From NCBI GenBank assembly GCA_963693365.1, contig CAVNZM010000013.1, positions 4,430,722 to 4,494,721 of the forward strand: DNA of 64,000 nt, written 5' to 3'. Below, piece by piece: positions 27,173 to 50,243 of the stretch (position 1 is the stretch's first letter; each line of letters begins with the position of its first letter). Position numbers and translations under genes: made by a program. The notes below the pieces were generated by a model that ran no database searches, was not told the DNA's origin, and was given only the letters and a program-made list of their open reading frames with translations. This DNA comes from Amoebidium appalachense. Its lineage: Eukaryota; Protista; Ichthyosporea.

Positions 27173-27556
27173 AAAAAAAAAGAAGAAGAAAAAGAAAGAA
27201 AAAAAAAAAATGGAAGAAAAAGAAAGCAAAGAAGAAAACGTGTCGGGCCTGTTACTGCTACTGCTAAACATGTAACAATAAGAACCAATAAGAACAAGAA
27301 TGCTGTCATAACAATCGTATTAAAACAATTATAGCAAGAAGGATAATAAATGTAAAAATAACAACAGCACTAACACTAACAACTTGGCATCACAAAGCAA
27401 ACAAATGAACGGAAGGTCGGATCTGGGATGATTGCAGGAACGAAAAAAAGGGGGAAATAAAAAGCTAATAAAATAAATTAAAAAATAATAACTAACTAGC
27501 TCCTCGTGCTCCCTTTTTGCGTCCCCATCAGTTAGACTACTCCCCTGCTTCCCCCC

Positions 27557-27590
<34 letters not shown>

Positions 27591-27759
27591 CTCCCTCCCT
27601 CCCTGCTCGCCCCTTACCCTCTCACCCTTCACTGTCTCCCGAGCCCATCTCCTTTTGATCCCCATTGTTCTCCAGAAAAAAACCCAACAATAAACCATGC
27701 TAGGCGGCAGGTAGAATATCCCTTTAGTCTACATTGTGTGACCATTTGAGCTACATTCG

Positions 27760-28046
27760 GATCCGTTATAGTCTTCCACACCCGCTGCCCCTCGCCACGG
27801 CTGCGGGGCCGAAATATGGGGCTGACATCTAGCCAATTATTTATGCAACAAATCCAAATTTGGTGCGGAGGAAAGCCTCTGCCTGAGGCTTGCGGCCCAA
27901 AAAGGAAAATAGCATGTCACTGGCGTCCTGAGTACCCCCGGGCTGTGTGTGCGTGCGTGCGTGTGTATGTGATCCGGTATAGTCTTTCACACCCGCTGCC
28001 CCTCGCCACGGCTGCGGGGCCGAAATATGGGGCTGACATCTAGCCA

Positions 28047-28048
<2 letters not shown>
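27760..28048. repeat. Two ~77-bp direct repeats flanking ~135 bp of unique sequence
   Basis: GATCCG.TATAGTCTT.CACACCCGCTGCCCCTCGCCACGGCTGCGGGGCCGAAATATGGGGCTGACATCTAGCCAAT at 27760-27837 and 27971-28048. Confidence 0.85.
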
Positions 28049-28078
<30 letters not shown>

Positions 28079-28193
28079 TTGTGTGTGTGTGCGTGCGTAT
28101 GCGCCGCACGTGTGTGTGTTGTGTGCGCATGTGCGCGTACGTGTGTGTGTGGTTGTATGCCAATTTTTTTTTCTTCTTTTTTTTTTTTTCCCT

Positions 28194-28234
<41 letters not shown>

Positions 28235-28294
28235 TAAGCTGCATCATGCTCATGTCATATACTTGTTCCGCACGATGTAAGTGTGTGTGTGTGT

Positions 28295-28329
<35 letters not shown>

Positions 28330-28364
28330 AGGCGCACATTTACCATCACACAAAATCTCTCTCG

Positions 28365-28422
<58 letters not shown>

Positions 28423-28769
28423 GTGTTGGGGATGGGGGGGGGGGAGGGGAGGGGGGTGTTTGGAGGAAGGAAGGAGGGGATAATCTCAGAAAAACGAACT
28501 GCACCACATCACGACGTCACGGAAAAATAGGTTAAATATCCCAGTCCATGTTGAATTGGCACCTGCTTTCGAAATGGTTTGCGACCGATCAAGTGGAAAG
28601 GGGCAAAGGGCAAGGAGGGTGGGGCAAGGCGTGGGGAGGGGAAAAAAAGGTTAAAAGAGACACGGAATCTTAGGCTATACATGTATTCGCTTCTTTAAAA
28701 GCGGCGGCAGTGGGGGAAAGGGAGGGGGGGGGGGGGGGGGGGGGGGGGGGATAGATGCATTAGAGGGTT

Positions 28770-28935
28770 GTAAACATGGAGGAGACATCACAAACCAAAA
28801 ACGTCACAAAAACGAAAACTCCGAAATCAAACACACTGAAAATGGAACAAACAAAAAGACTGCCAGACGGAAGGCACCTGAACAGAGCCCATCATCAGGG
28901 GGGTTCCTATGTCTCCACAAAAGCATGGGTTCCCG
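28770..28935 (-). mobile_element. Diverged subfamily member of the structured repeat (CTGATGA variant)
   Basis: Minus strand reads CCCCCTGATGATGGGCTCTG; paralogous to 58010-58165. Confidence 0.55.
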
Positions 28936-29050
28936 GGGGGGAAGGGGGGAGAGGGGGATGTTACAAGAAAAGCAGACGGTAAGGCTATAAATAAGATACC
29001 GGGTGGTGGTGGCTGTGGTGGTTGTGGTTTTTTGTTTTCATTTTCTTTTC

Positions 29051-29081
<31 letters not shown>

Positions 29082-29489
29082 CTTTTTATTTCTTTCCTTT
29101 CCTTTCCTTTCCTCTCACTCTCCTCTCCTCTCCTCTCCTCTCTCTTTTCTCCTCTCCTCTCCTCTCCTCTCTCTTTTCTTTTCTTTTCTTTTCTTTTCTT
29201 TTCTTTTCTTTCTTCTTTTTTTTTTTCTTTTCTTTTTTTTTTTTGGGGGGGGGGGGGGAGGGGGGGGGGGAAGGGGCGCTTTTTCGAAGAAGGATTTGAC
29301 CAAATGGGTTTTTTTTGTTTCCCTTTTTTGTGTTATGTGAGGCGAGTTAAAGGGGGGGAAGGGGGGGATGGGATGGGAGTGGGGGGGCGATGTAGAAACG
29401 GACAACTAGACAAGGCTAGCTTTTCTACGTATATTTTTATTTTTATTTTGATTATTAAAAATTAATTTAGGAGGGTGGGGTGCACATGC

Positions 29490-29591
29490 CTTGAGTATCT
29501 TCATGCGGTAGTCCATTCCGACGGTGGGGTTGAGAATGCCCTCCCGCTTGAAGCGCGTCTCAAACATGTCAAACGAGAACACCTCGCTCCA
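29490..29591 (-). pseudogene. Orphan exon of an M3A metallopeptidase (thimet oligopeptidase/neurolysin-like)
   Basis: Translates [34 protein letters not shown], matching the conserved C-terminal M3A segment; no other M3 exons found in the window. Confidence 0.75.
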
Positions 29592-30328
29592 CTTTAACCC
29601 ATATATGGTAATGGATCTCAGTGCAGACCCGCACGCGGTGGGCTTAACCCTTTTAAGACACAAGCTAATAAATCGCGGCGTGACGTCAATATGACGTCAG
29701 TTTCACGTCATATTGACGTCAGATTCAATTACTGGCCTTGCCTATATATGGTGCGGTTTCCATGTGGTTTCTATTTTTGAACGATTGTGCCATCGCCATA
29801 CAAACTTGAAATCCTGGGAAAATGCTGAATGTATATACGTACTGCAAATTAAGGAAAAAGAAAAAACGAAATAAGAGAAAAAGAAAAAGAAAAAGAAAAA
29901 GAAAAAGAAAAAAAGGGCAAAAAAAGGAAAGCGCTGAGAAGTGAAGTGCAAAGACAACGACCAAAAGTATTTCAGAATTTCGGATGATGAGCATCCGAAG
30001 GTAAACCGCTACCGCGACTGCAGGGTTCTGGAATCCGGTCTCTGCCCAAGAGATGGTGTTTTTTCCTGAATATCATTATTTGTAAAAAGGTTTTTTTAAA
30101 AAAATTAGGTCAGGGCATCAGACAGGGCTAAGAAAGGTTATATAGTACAATCGCCATAGACACAACGACATGGTCTATCTCGGATAGTGTTGCCCTTTAT
30201 TCCAACGAGATATACCAAAACGAACATTCTATCGTAATACCCGGACTGCCAAGAGCTGCACTACTGAATACCCAACCGGATCCATCTAGATTCCGGTTGT
30301 TTTCAAAGTAAAATATGAAATGAATATA

Positions 30329-30368
<40 letters not shown>

Positions 30369-30447
30369 CATGTTTTTCTTTTCAATGAGTCGTTCACTTC
30401 CTTTTAAATTTAATGCGTGTGGTTCAATCATACCCTCCAAGGACGGT

Positions 30448-30487
<40 letters not shown>

Positions 30488-31129
30488 GGCTACATAAAGT
30501 AGTCCAACACCGTTATCCCCAATAGTAACCAAAGCATATTATGCATTTATTAAAAATATACCATGAACCCCTTGCATATCACAGAAAAACACTGCAATAC
30601 CGATAATCAAATCAACTGCAATAAAGGTATATAATCAATCAATCATCTAAACTGAAAAATTCGCCTAAAATCTTCAAGGGTAGCCAAGCCACGGCCGCTT
30701 CAAAAGTATATATTTCTAGCTTTCCATATTTAGTAACACACTACATTCTTTGTATTAACAAACTTTACCAAACAGTGTTATATCTCCACGTATCATGTAT
30801 ACTTTCTTGTAACGTCGTTATATACGTATTTCTTGTTGGGTGGAAGTACTGTTGGCTTTGGTGTCCATACACGTCGATAAACAACATCAAATCCATCCCC
30901 CCCCCCCCCCCCCCCCCCCCCCCCGCCCCAACCCTTATCTTTATAACAAAATCCCCTTGCGTTATTGTTCAAACCATGCCGCAAACATATACTTTCGCTG
31001 CCCCCCCTTCCCCTCCCTTCCTCCCCCCCTTCAACTTCCAAAAAAAAAAAAAAAAAAAAAAAAAAACGGGGATTAAAAGGAAAGAAAAAGAATAAGAAAC
31101 AGGAAATAAAAACTTTCGAACAATCGCAA

Positions 31130-34028
<2,899 letters not shown>

Positions 34029-34675
34029 TTTCGTCTCCTTTCCTTTCAAACTGAACGAAAGCTTGCACAAGGAGATATCGTTTCGAATGCCTAGCACTCA
34101 AATAGTTGAAAAAGCCAGATTTGTGATTGTTAGGTTGATGATGCCGATGCAAGTCAAAAAACCGACAAGCTCTGAACAAGCCTGCTCACATGTCCTCTTC
34201 TATTTATATCTAGCACGCGATGTCGTTGAAACTCAAAATCATTTGTTTTCATAGAGAGGTCAAATATGTTACATCATGTGTTGTGGCAACCAACATCTTA
34301 CTAACATGGTCAACGGAGTTTCTTGTTTTTCGTTTTTGCAGCTGTCAGTTTTGTGTGCAAACAACCGGCAACGTCTTTATCTATGGCTGCTCTTTGAGTG
34401 GTCAGCTACTTACTACTTAATTTTTAATGATGTTTACAGTTTATGGTCACTCAATCTATTGGTATACTATCAGAGCCCCGACTTACCCATTTTGAACTGA
34501 TGACGTCATGGTGTATATAAATGTGTTCCCTCTGCGTTAGACTCCGTATTTTGTCGGGAAGTGCTTCTTTCAACTATCTATTGAGAGAGTTACTCTAGGT
34601 TTATGTGCTGGTGGGAGAGAAAGAGGGATTTTCTGCGCTAGCCGTTGTTGAAACACGCGCTACCTTTCCTTTATC
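34029..34675. promoter_or_regulatory. Probable bidirectional promoter tetraspan/RTF2
   Basis: Repeat-free spacer; TGACGTCA at 34501 followed by TATATAAA at ~34514. Confidence 0.5.
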
Positions 34676-40973
<6,298 letters not shown>

Positions 40974-41985
40974 TGGGATAGCCCAAATTGAAGTGGATAT
41001 ACCTGCTTTGGGATTAGATGTAACTGGAAATTCTGCAAGTGTGGCAGTTATCCCTGTATTTGGATAGATTGTGTTTAACTTAGGTGCAAGTACTTACGCA
41101 AGAAACGTTCTTATAACAACTCAGTTACCATACACGAATTTACTACCTTGATGATAAGGTTATTTGGACATCTAATTGTTTCATGTTTAAGAAAGAAACA
41201 GGTTTTTGCAGCTGCAAAAATGCAAAAATGCACGCACCCTTCCCCTGTGTTTCCTGACGCAAAACTGTGGGCATGTGCTTTGCACGAGCAATATGGGTGA
41301 CGATATGGGTGACCTTGGTTCGATCACGCGAATGACTTATCTTTTTCTCTGTGTCTTTACCCGCTTTCCTTTCCTTCCCTCCCTTCTTCTCTCACTCGCT
41401 GGGTTTTCTTGTTTTTTTTTTTTTTGTTTTTTTTTGTTTTTTTTTTTGCCAGTGCACTACAAGGCAGGAGGGGAGGCGGGGGGGTTGTTAGAGTAAAACT
41501 TGTAGCAGAAAGTTGCGGTGTGAAACTGAAACAACATACGAGTAGGTTGGCTTGCTGTTGTGGTTTTTCTTGCTTCCATCGATGTGAGTTTTTTTTTGTT
41601 TTGTTTTTTTTGTTTTTTTTTACGCAGGACGTGTATTACGTTTAACGTTCACAATAGGCGGCTTTGTAGCTGTGCTTTTTCGATTTTGCACAGTTTCCTT
41701 GTATGGGCGATCCGATTGAACTGGGTTCGATATCGACCAATCATAAACGTCCAGCACATGAATTTTTTCTTTTGACACTCCTAGGACAAGCCTGGGACAT
41801 CCCTTTTGCATTATCAATTTTTGCACGCTTTCTACATATGGGTGATCCGTTACGCAATTGAACCGGTTTCGATAAATAATCCCCCCACTGCAATTATTTC
41901 GTGAAGCAGCAGAAATATAAGTACCCGATTGCTGGAGTTGCATTTTACCTTGAAGGCCATGATCCCCCCCCCCCCCCCCCCCTCC

Positions 41986-42016
<31 letters not shown>

Positions 42017-42216
42017 AAAAGAAAAAGAAAAAGAAAAAGAAAAAGAAACCTCCCCCTCAACCCTAACCCCACCCACCAGCCCCCAATATTAATCCCCACC
42101 CCACCCCAACACCCGGTGCACACACGTTGTCACGGGTACAGACAAACACACAAACCATCAAGTACACCAACAGAAGAGAGAAAAAGATAAGAGTGCACAC
42201 CCCCACACACGTACGT

Positions 42217-42285
<69 letters not shown>

Positions 42286-43480
42286 GATACGCGGAACCTA
42301 ATACCCACCAACCGTACATGGGTAAGATTAACAAAATATCTCAGTATCGATCTATGGCTAGCTACCTATGCATGTTTATGACAATCAACTACTTTGTATA
42401 AATACCTATGGTTTGTGTACACTACACATGGCTTAGAGGTATAGCTCTGTATATATTGGATTAGTTTTATGGGTTACTTCAGTTAGTGAAACAATGACCT
42501 CTAGATCACGGGACTTATTTGAGGCAAACTTGCTTGATGGGGTGAGTTATTTGAGATTTGAACGTAGTTGAATGCATCGATAAGAAGCCTAAATGAATAC
42601 CATACAAAAAAAAAAAAAAAAAAGATAAGAAAAAAAAGGAAAAAAAATTTCGGCCGACCACACTACAAGAAGCAACACAATTGTATTCTGAATATCTCGA
42701 TAAAATCATATCACGTCACCCAACACAACGACCCCAATATCAAACAACAAAGCTACAGGCGATGAAATATCATAAAACCACGGAAAATCTGTCAAGAGCA
42801 CTATCGATTAAGTTGGTGAGAATATTCTGAAAAGCAGCTATTACCGAATCTACCTTATCTCATACAAACACCGATATTTCTAAAGACAGTCCCGATAACT
42901 AGATACCGAAGTCGGAATTCCGATAGAGATTCCCGTAATTTAGATACCATATTCCATAAAAAAGCAACACAGACCCCGTTCCTGATATTGCTAACAGAGA
43001 CCACAAGCTTTTAATCACCACTGTGACACATGGAATTCCGAGATGTAAAAGCACCAAGACCTCCTATATACCAACATGTTGGTACATATATAGGGGACCT
43101 TGAAAAGCATAGTAAACATGAAAAATGAGAGACAACTACCTTCTCACACGTAGCAGAGTCAGCACTAACACAAGTAGAGTGTATAGTCGTTGCACACACA
43201 CACACGGAGGTGATCAGTCTCTATATGGGTGCAATATACTACCTACTAAGTGTGTACTTAAACGGGCTGTATGCACTATCTCCTAAGTATCACACAAGTG
43301 TCCACACAGTGCTCGGAGAGTCTGTTGCAACAGTCAATTATCGTTATAACTCCCAATTATATTATGTTACCTATGTGCGGGTTTATATACTCCGCCGTGA
43401 TCCAGTCACCAGCCATCCAGGATGGCATCCGGTTGACTACGTAATCCCTAGATCTGGGTGGTGCGTTCCTAACCAATCAT

Positions 43481-44647
43481 ATGGCAGTTAGATATAGGTT
43501 TCAATCTATTCTTCACATACACCCATGCCAATCCGCTTTTCGTAAAAACAATTCATGTTATGTTCAAATAATGGCACTGCACTATTCTATGCAAGTTGGT
43601 GCACGATATGTTGGTTTTATTGATTGGAAAACTGCTTACGATTCTGTCTCCCCTGGTCTTCTAGGGGAAAAGCTTGCTGCACGGGGTGTACCACACCGCA
43701 TTGTTGTTTTGTTTGAAGCACTCTTGTCTCAAACCTATGGTAGAGCTGTGGTCAATGAGCACTTTTCAATTGGTTTTGCTCGTACTAGAGGTCTCTTGCA
43801 GGGTTCATTGCTTAGCCCCTTTTTGTTTAACCTATTTATAGATGATTTGGCTGTCAAGATTTATGCCGAAAATGATGACCCTATTATTAACTTTCCGCCT
43901 GCACTTCCCTATGCTGATGATCTGTCCCTCCTTGCCCGTACCCCTAGACGCCTGCAAAGATTGTTCGATGTAGTGTCAGTGTGGTGCAAGGCAAACCTTA
44001 TGATCCTTAACATAGACAAATGTGGTGTTCTTGTACCTGATATAGCTAACAATCTACACACATTTACATTATCATCTAAACCTCAGCCTATAGCTATAGT
44101 TCCAGAATACAAATATCTTGGTGTTCCGGTTAATTCTGTTGGTGTTATGTTTTCCCATATGGTCGAAAAGAGGGTAGAGCTGGCTCGTAAGCGGTTAGCT
44201 TTCTTCTCGGCTAATATTGTTTATTAACAATATTATATGCCCCCTCTCCCCCCCCCCCCCCCCCCTCTCCGGATCCCCGGACCCCACTTCCCTACCCGGA
44301 GGCTCAAGAGCTCCCCCCTTCCCCTCCCCCCCCCCCCCCCCCAAGGCTTACGGGGGCCCTTCTTCATTGAGGGGGAGGGGGTGGGGGGTGGGGGGGGGGG
44401 GAAGTGGAAGGCGGGGGTGGATGCATGTCAGCCTAGGTGAATTCAATTGTTTAACTCCAGTGTACAGGACTGGTCTGAAGGCTTAAGAAAACAACGAGGA
44501 AATGGGGTCCAGTGGAGGTGGTGGTGGTGTTCTGTGTGTCTCTGTACACGTGCACGTATGTGTGTGTTTTTTTTGGGGGGTGAGTGGTGGTGGTGGTGGT
44601 GGTGGTGGTCACCGTGGTGGTGGTGTGTGTGTCTGGTGTGTGTGTGT

Positions 44648-44716
<69 letters not shown>

Positions 44717-46538
44717 GGGGGATAGAAAGAAAAACTGCTCGTGGGTCACTGTTTTTCGTCACTGTATTTGTAACGGGCCGCTCATATTTATATAACTACT
44801 TTAAGTACACGTGTTCATTATCATATACGATGGCCAAATAATGAAATTTTGGCGTCGAAGTTCTTGGAGCTAAAAAAACGTTTAAAAGGGGGAAATAATA
44901 GCTTGGCCCCAAATTTACCTTATTCATGAGTTCTAGTAATTCAGTGAGTGCACGTGCCTGCCTCAGGCTGATCATGACAACTGCAACACACCACTCCTAC
45001 ATGGATATCAACCAAAAGAAAATAGTATATACTGTGGTGGTCTCCTAAACCTTGTGCGACATGTGCATACATGATATTACAGTGACGCATGTGCATATTA
45101 TTGTTCTGTACACCGGAGTGTGGTGCACGTGGCTGTTTTGTGCACATGTTACAATAGCAGCACGATCTCCCTAAACTCCATGTTTACACATCCCTCACCC
45201 TGGCTCTGCCTTGTCGGTGCTCCAAAACACACACACAAATCCCCCTAGACTCAGTGCCTGCACATGGACGCATTCACGTGCAGGTCACGTGACACATGCA
45301 ATGCCATACTGCTGTCTACAGCAACAACCACGGCAGCATGTATACCGGCCCAGCACGAAATATACTTATCGGCAGCCCACTGAACTCGCCCATTTTTTCT
45401 TTTTCATGTATGACCCTCCTTTTTTGTGAAATCACCCTTTTTGGCCTCCCGGTAGTGGATTTTGCAGGATTTGACTTCTTTGAGGTCCAAAAACCTCAAA
45501 TTTTCCCCGGCGGGGCCGGGGAGGGAGAATTCAAAAATTGCCCGCTCCTGATATGGTACCCGGGCCCCTTCATCCTTCTATTAGACTTACATTTATTCGC
45601 ACTTTTGTCTTCCCGGCATGTGAATATGGTTTACCCCTTCTCGCCGCTTGGATCAAGAAAGAGAGAACTAGATCGCTTAAACCCTTGGCAATTTCCTTGA
45701 AGCAGAAGTTGCCTCCTTTCTATCTAACAACTGTTGTAATGGGCCTGTAACGCTCTCGATATATGGTCTGGTCCCAATAGCTGCTAGATTATCCCATCTC
45801 GCGCTGAAATTCAATAATAAGCACATAAGCCGCTTAAAGAAGTATTTGCCCTCCCACCCTCTCTTCTCTATCCGACCTGTCCCCTCTTCACCTCTCCCCT
45901 CTTTCCTTCCCTCTCTCTCTCCTTTTCCCCCGGGCACAAATACAAATAAACCCCGCAAAAGTGTGCGCGTGACTTTGGACTGCCACTTACACATTAGACA
46001 TGTTCACAATCACAAGATAATTACGCAATATAACAAATGGAAAAAGATACCACACGACACCAGACCCGATGAAAGCATACACCTTGAAAAACTAAGCCTT
46101 ATGCCTCGTTTTATATATAATGACCGCCTTAACCATATTGCCAAATATGGCACTCGCAAATGTGTAACACCTAAATACCTATTACCTTCCTGTAGAAATG
46201 GTCTTTCTCTAGCTGATGGTATTATTTATTGATCACATACCACGCTTTTACTGTACACGTGCTATACAGTGGAGATCTAATAAGTATAAGGTGGCATCGT
46301 TTGCGTGCCCAAACAACACACACCCACACATCAGTTTAAACGGTCATGTATCGCCAAATGTAGTTTGATAGACCACATAATACCGCAACACACACACGTC
46401 ACATTCACAACAGACACCCAGAAAGATAGCCTACCTGAAAATTACAACACAAGGGATTTTATACTAAACACGCGTAACTACGACATGTTTATTAGATGTA
46501 TTGATTGGCTTGAGAAACACATCATTACAAAATTCTAG

Positions 46539-46586
<48 letters not shown>
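43481..46586 (+). mobile_element. Degenerate 5'-truncated non-LTR retrotransposon (RT plus C-terminal region) interrupted by ~1.3 kb of other sequence
   Basis: RT motifs Q.AFR, FIDWKTAYDSV, GLLQGSLLSPFLFNLFIDDL, YADDL, N..KC, YKYLG in 43481-44215; continuation IRTFVFPACEYGL at ~45580 and frameshifted Cys/His region ending at 46538, followed by (CA)n. Confidence 0.8.
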
Positions 46587-46587
<1 letters not shown>

Positions 46588-47087
46588 CCCGCTGATACCG
46601 AGTGTCCCAGAGGAGCCCGAAAAAAAAAAAACCAAAAAAAAAAACGGGGAACCCCAACTAGTTGATTTTTCTTAGTCTTTATGGTGTCTCGTATAGAAAG
46701 TAAACCCTGATATATAATCATCACCCGACATATTTGTACGTGATCATGATATACCGCTGAGGGGATATTCCGAGCAAAACCCCCCCATACCTGAGACTGG
46801 TCTCTCCTTGCCTCGAGTAAACAGCATAAACCCCCCCAGTTAGATATTCACAATTCATTTTAGGAATCACACGATCGATCACCTAGCCATCACACGAAAA
46901 CACGCGTACGCCGCTGTTGGATGGCTACATAGTAAATATATCACAAACACGAATAATATGGTAATATTGGGGTTGTATATTCCAACAAAAAACTTTGTAT
47001 GCAATGCTCTTGTGACGTAACACACACACACACACACACACACACGCGCGCGCGCGCACACACGCACACACATACACATTGCTGTAT

Positions 47088-47192
47088 TTAGACTAGGGAG
47101 CTCAGGCGACGGCTCGGCTTGTTGTCCTTGCTTCCAGACCTACGCACAGACCTGCAACGGGTGGGAGTGGGTGAGTAGGTGTGTGTGTCTGT

Positions 47193-47266
<74 letters not shown>

Positions 47267-48390
47267 TGTGCACCACCGTTAATGTATACGAGAGAGTGAG
47301 TGTGTATGCGTCGTGTCTCACTCTCCAAGTGTGTTTAGCATGCCTAAGCAGGTGTGTGCAGATGCAGATGCGCACGTGCGGGTTTGTTCGTGTGTGTGTG
47401 TGTGTCTGTGCGAGCCCATGTGTGGTTGTGCATGTGTGCATGTGTGCACGTGCTCGTCTTCATGTGTGTGTGTGTAAGTTACAAAGTTTCTTTTAGATAT
47501 CCGGGTCGGGTCAGACCCGAAACCGATTTGCCCTGTATGATTGGCTAGATGCGCACCAAACAGCATTTTTGGCCTGGCCCGAAAGGCCCCATAATCGGCC
47601 TAAAGGAAACGCCCTTTAAGGGCATTCGGCCAGACCCGTTTCCATCATGAAAACACCACCAAGATAAACACAACAATACAAGGTATGTGTTTTGTAATGA
47701 AAAAGCATGTGTGCATATGTGTGTTGCACATGCATATTATCGACATGTATTCAGCCAACATCGAGTGAATCACCACAAAACAAGACTCAGGAGAAAAGTA
47801 ATGACTGGCAGGGTGCGTGTAGCGCACACATTCCAACAAAAAACTGTACATTCCATTCCACATTCCACACATACCTCTGCAAACCCGACGAAAACCTCTG
47901 CCCCAGGGAGCTCGCGTTCCCATCGGGCCCCAGGGCAACCATCTCGTTCCCATCGGGTGAGCACGTGTGTGTCACGTGATCCATGCACGTGCTGTGAATG
48001 TCCATGAAACACTTCCCGCACCGCATTCCTTGGTTACGTAGACCAATCAAAAGCTTCGTGCACACGGCGCACTTGGTGGGACCCCCGTAGGTGAATATGA
48101 CGAACTCGTGGTCACCAACGGCAACCTGCGATCATTATAATGTTAAAATTCTAAGATTTCGGAAATAGGATTCAGGAAAAGTGTTTGAAAGTTTTGCTAT
48201 GCAACGATTTGGTAAGCATTTGAGTTCAAAAAAAGGAGGCTGGGAGGGGAGGGGGGAGGGCAGCGAAAGAGAGAGAGGGGGGGGGGGGGGGGGGGGGGGG
48301 GGGTGGTGGGGGGGAGGGGGGGGGGGGGGGAGAGAAGAGAGGGAGAGAGAGAGGAAGAGAGGGGGAGAGGGGGAGAGAGGGAGAGAGGGG

Positions 48391-48480
<90 letters not shown>

Positions 48481-48485
48481 GAGAC

Positions 48486-48516
<31 letters not shown>

Positions 48517-48767
48517 TATGAGGGAGAGAGGGGAGAGAGAAAAAGAGACACAGAAATAAAGAGAAAGAGACAAGAGAGTGAAAGTGAAAGAACATCGGAA
48601 GTAAAATCTCCAACAAATTCTTTAGCCACGCACCACATTCTTCTCCGGTGATGCTGACCCGTCCTGATTGGCCGAGGACCGACGCCTCATCAGAGTATTG
48701 GCTGAGGTGTCACTTGGGGGGGTGGGGGTGTCCGTGTTCTCCTGTGTCTGTGTCTGTGTGTGTGTGT

Positions 48768-48840
<73 letters not shown>

Positions 48841-49794
48841 ATGTAGATCGTCAAAATAAGAATTTTTGAAGTTTAATTTCGGCTGTCCTGAAGTTATTAC
48901 CTGCAAATCTTGACTACAACAGGACCTGCGCTACATTTCACAACCCTCCAGCCCCACCTCCCCTCCCCTCCCCCTCCCCCCGAAAGCCTAAAACCAACCC
49001 CGAAATTTCCTTTCCTCGCTTTCTTTGACAATCCACATGTCAAACCGGTTAGAACATGGAAAAGAAAGCCAGCGGCACGTTTATCCTCCAATCAAAACAC
49101 GTGGTTTAAAGCGTTAAAAATCCACACCTGTGCAGACAGAGGCGACACCATCGACCCCGAGGTCAGGTCCGCCTTCGGCTCATCGATCCTCCCCGTAGAC
49201 TTCATCCTAGCGGCGGGGGCTTTTGCAAATTCGTCCGTACTGTCATTCTTGAATTCGTCCATGTCTAGGGGGGCCGAAGAAAACGACTTGCGCCTCTGCG
49301 CCAATCTCTTTGGGGATTTCGGCGCTGAATCCCCCAAGAACGAACCCCCCCTCGGGCTGGCCATAATCGGCGAAAGACCCCCTGAACCGTTGCGGCCCTG
49401 GGGCTCCGAAATTACGGAAAGGGAATTGGTGCTGTGGAGGGCGTTGTTGCGGGCGCGTAACTTGGGGGGGGGGTCCGAAGAGGTTCGGCCCATGGTTAGG
49501 GGGCCGCTTAGGGAGCCGGTGGTACCGAGAGGAGCACTCCCCCCAAAGTCCTGAAAAGGGAAAAGAATTGAGAATGTTAGAGATAAGAAAAGAATGTGGG
49601 TTTTTGGGATTGTGTGTTTGTGCATGCCTGTGAACAATCTCACACTATGTATATATAACACATGAACACTTGAACAAACGCAAACACACGTAGGATGCAA
49701 AACACTCTTAACCCCCCCCCCCCCCCCCCCCCTCCTCCCCCCTCCCCCTCCCCCCCCTCCCCCCCCCCCTTCAAACCACCACCATACACACACA

Positions 49795-49829
<35 letters not shown>

Positions 49830-50208
49830 AAAAGAAGAAGAAGAAGAAGCAGCAGCAGCAGAAAAGAAGAAAACAAAAAAAAGGGAGGTATCAGTGCTAG
49901 CCAAATTCAGAGATATGAAAAGGGATATTTGAGCCCCCGGGGGGGGGGGGGGGGGGGGGGAGGGGGAGGGGGGGGGGGGGGGCTATACCGTAGGTTGATC
50001 CAAGACAATACTTGCGCTCATTCGGCGACGATTTGCGATCCTGTTTGCCTCACTTCCTATCCCGGCACTATCCATCACGTCCAGCGATATTTGGGCCATC
50101 CCCATTAATTCGGCCGATTTTGTGGGTTTTATGGCGCCGCGAAGACGCTCGAGCATGGGGCTGCGGGGGGGCTCAGATGAACGACGGGGGCCGGTGTAGC
50201 CGCTGATG

Positions 50209-50243
<35 letters not shown>

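Noticed and set aside
27780-27835. HDV-like ribozyme (GCC-CCTCG...-GGC)
   Set aside because: No P1/P2 nested pseudoknot partners found; folds as simple hairpins
48910-49554. 214-aa plus-strand ORF
   Set aside because: Antisense to a spliced exon of the C1 gene
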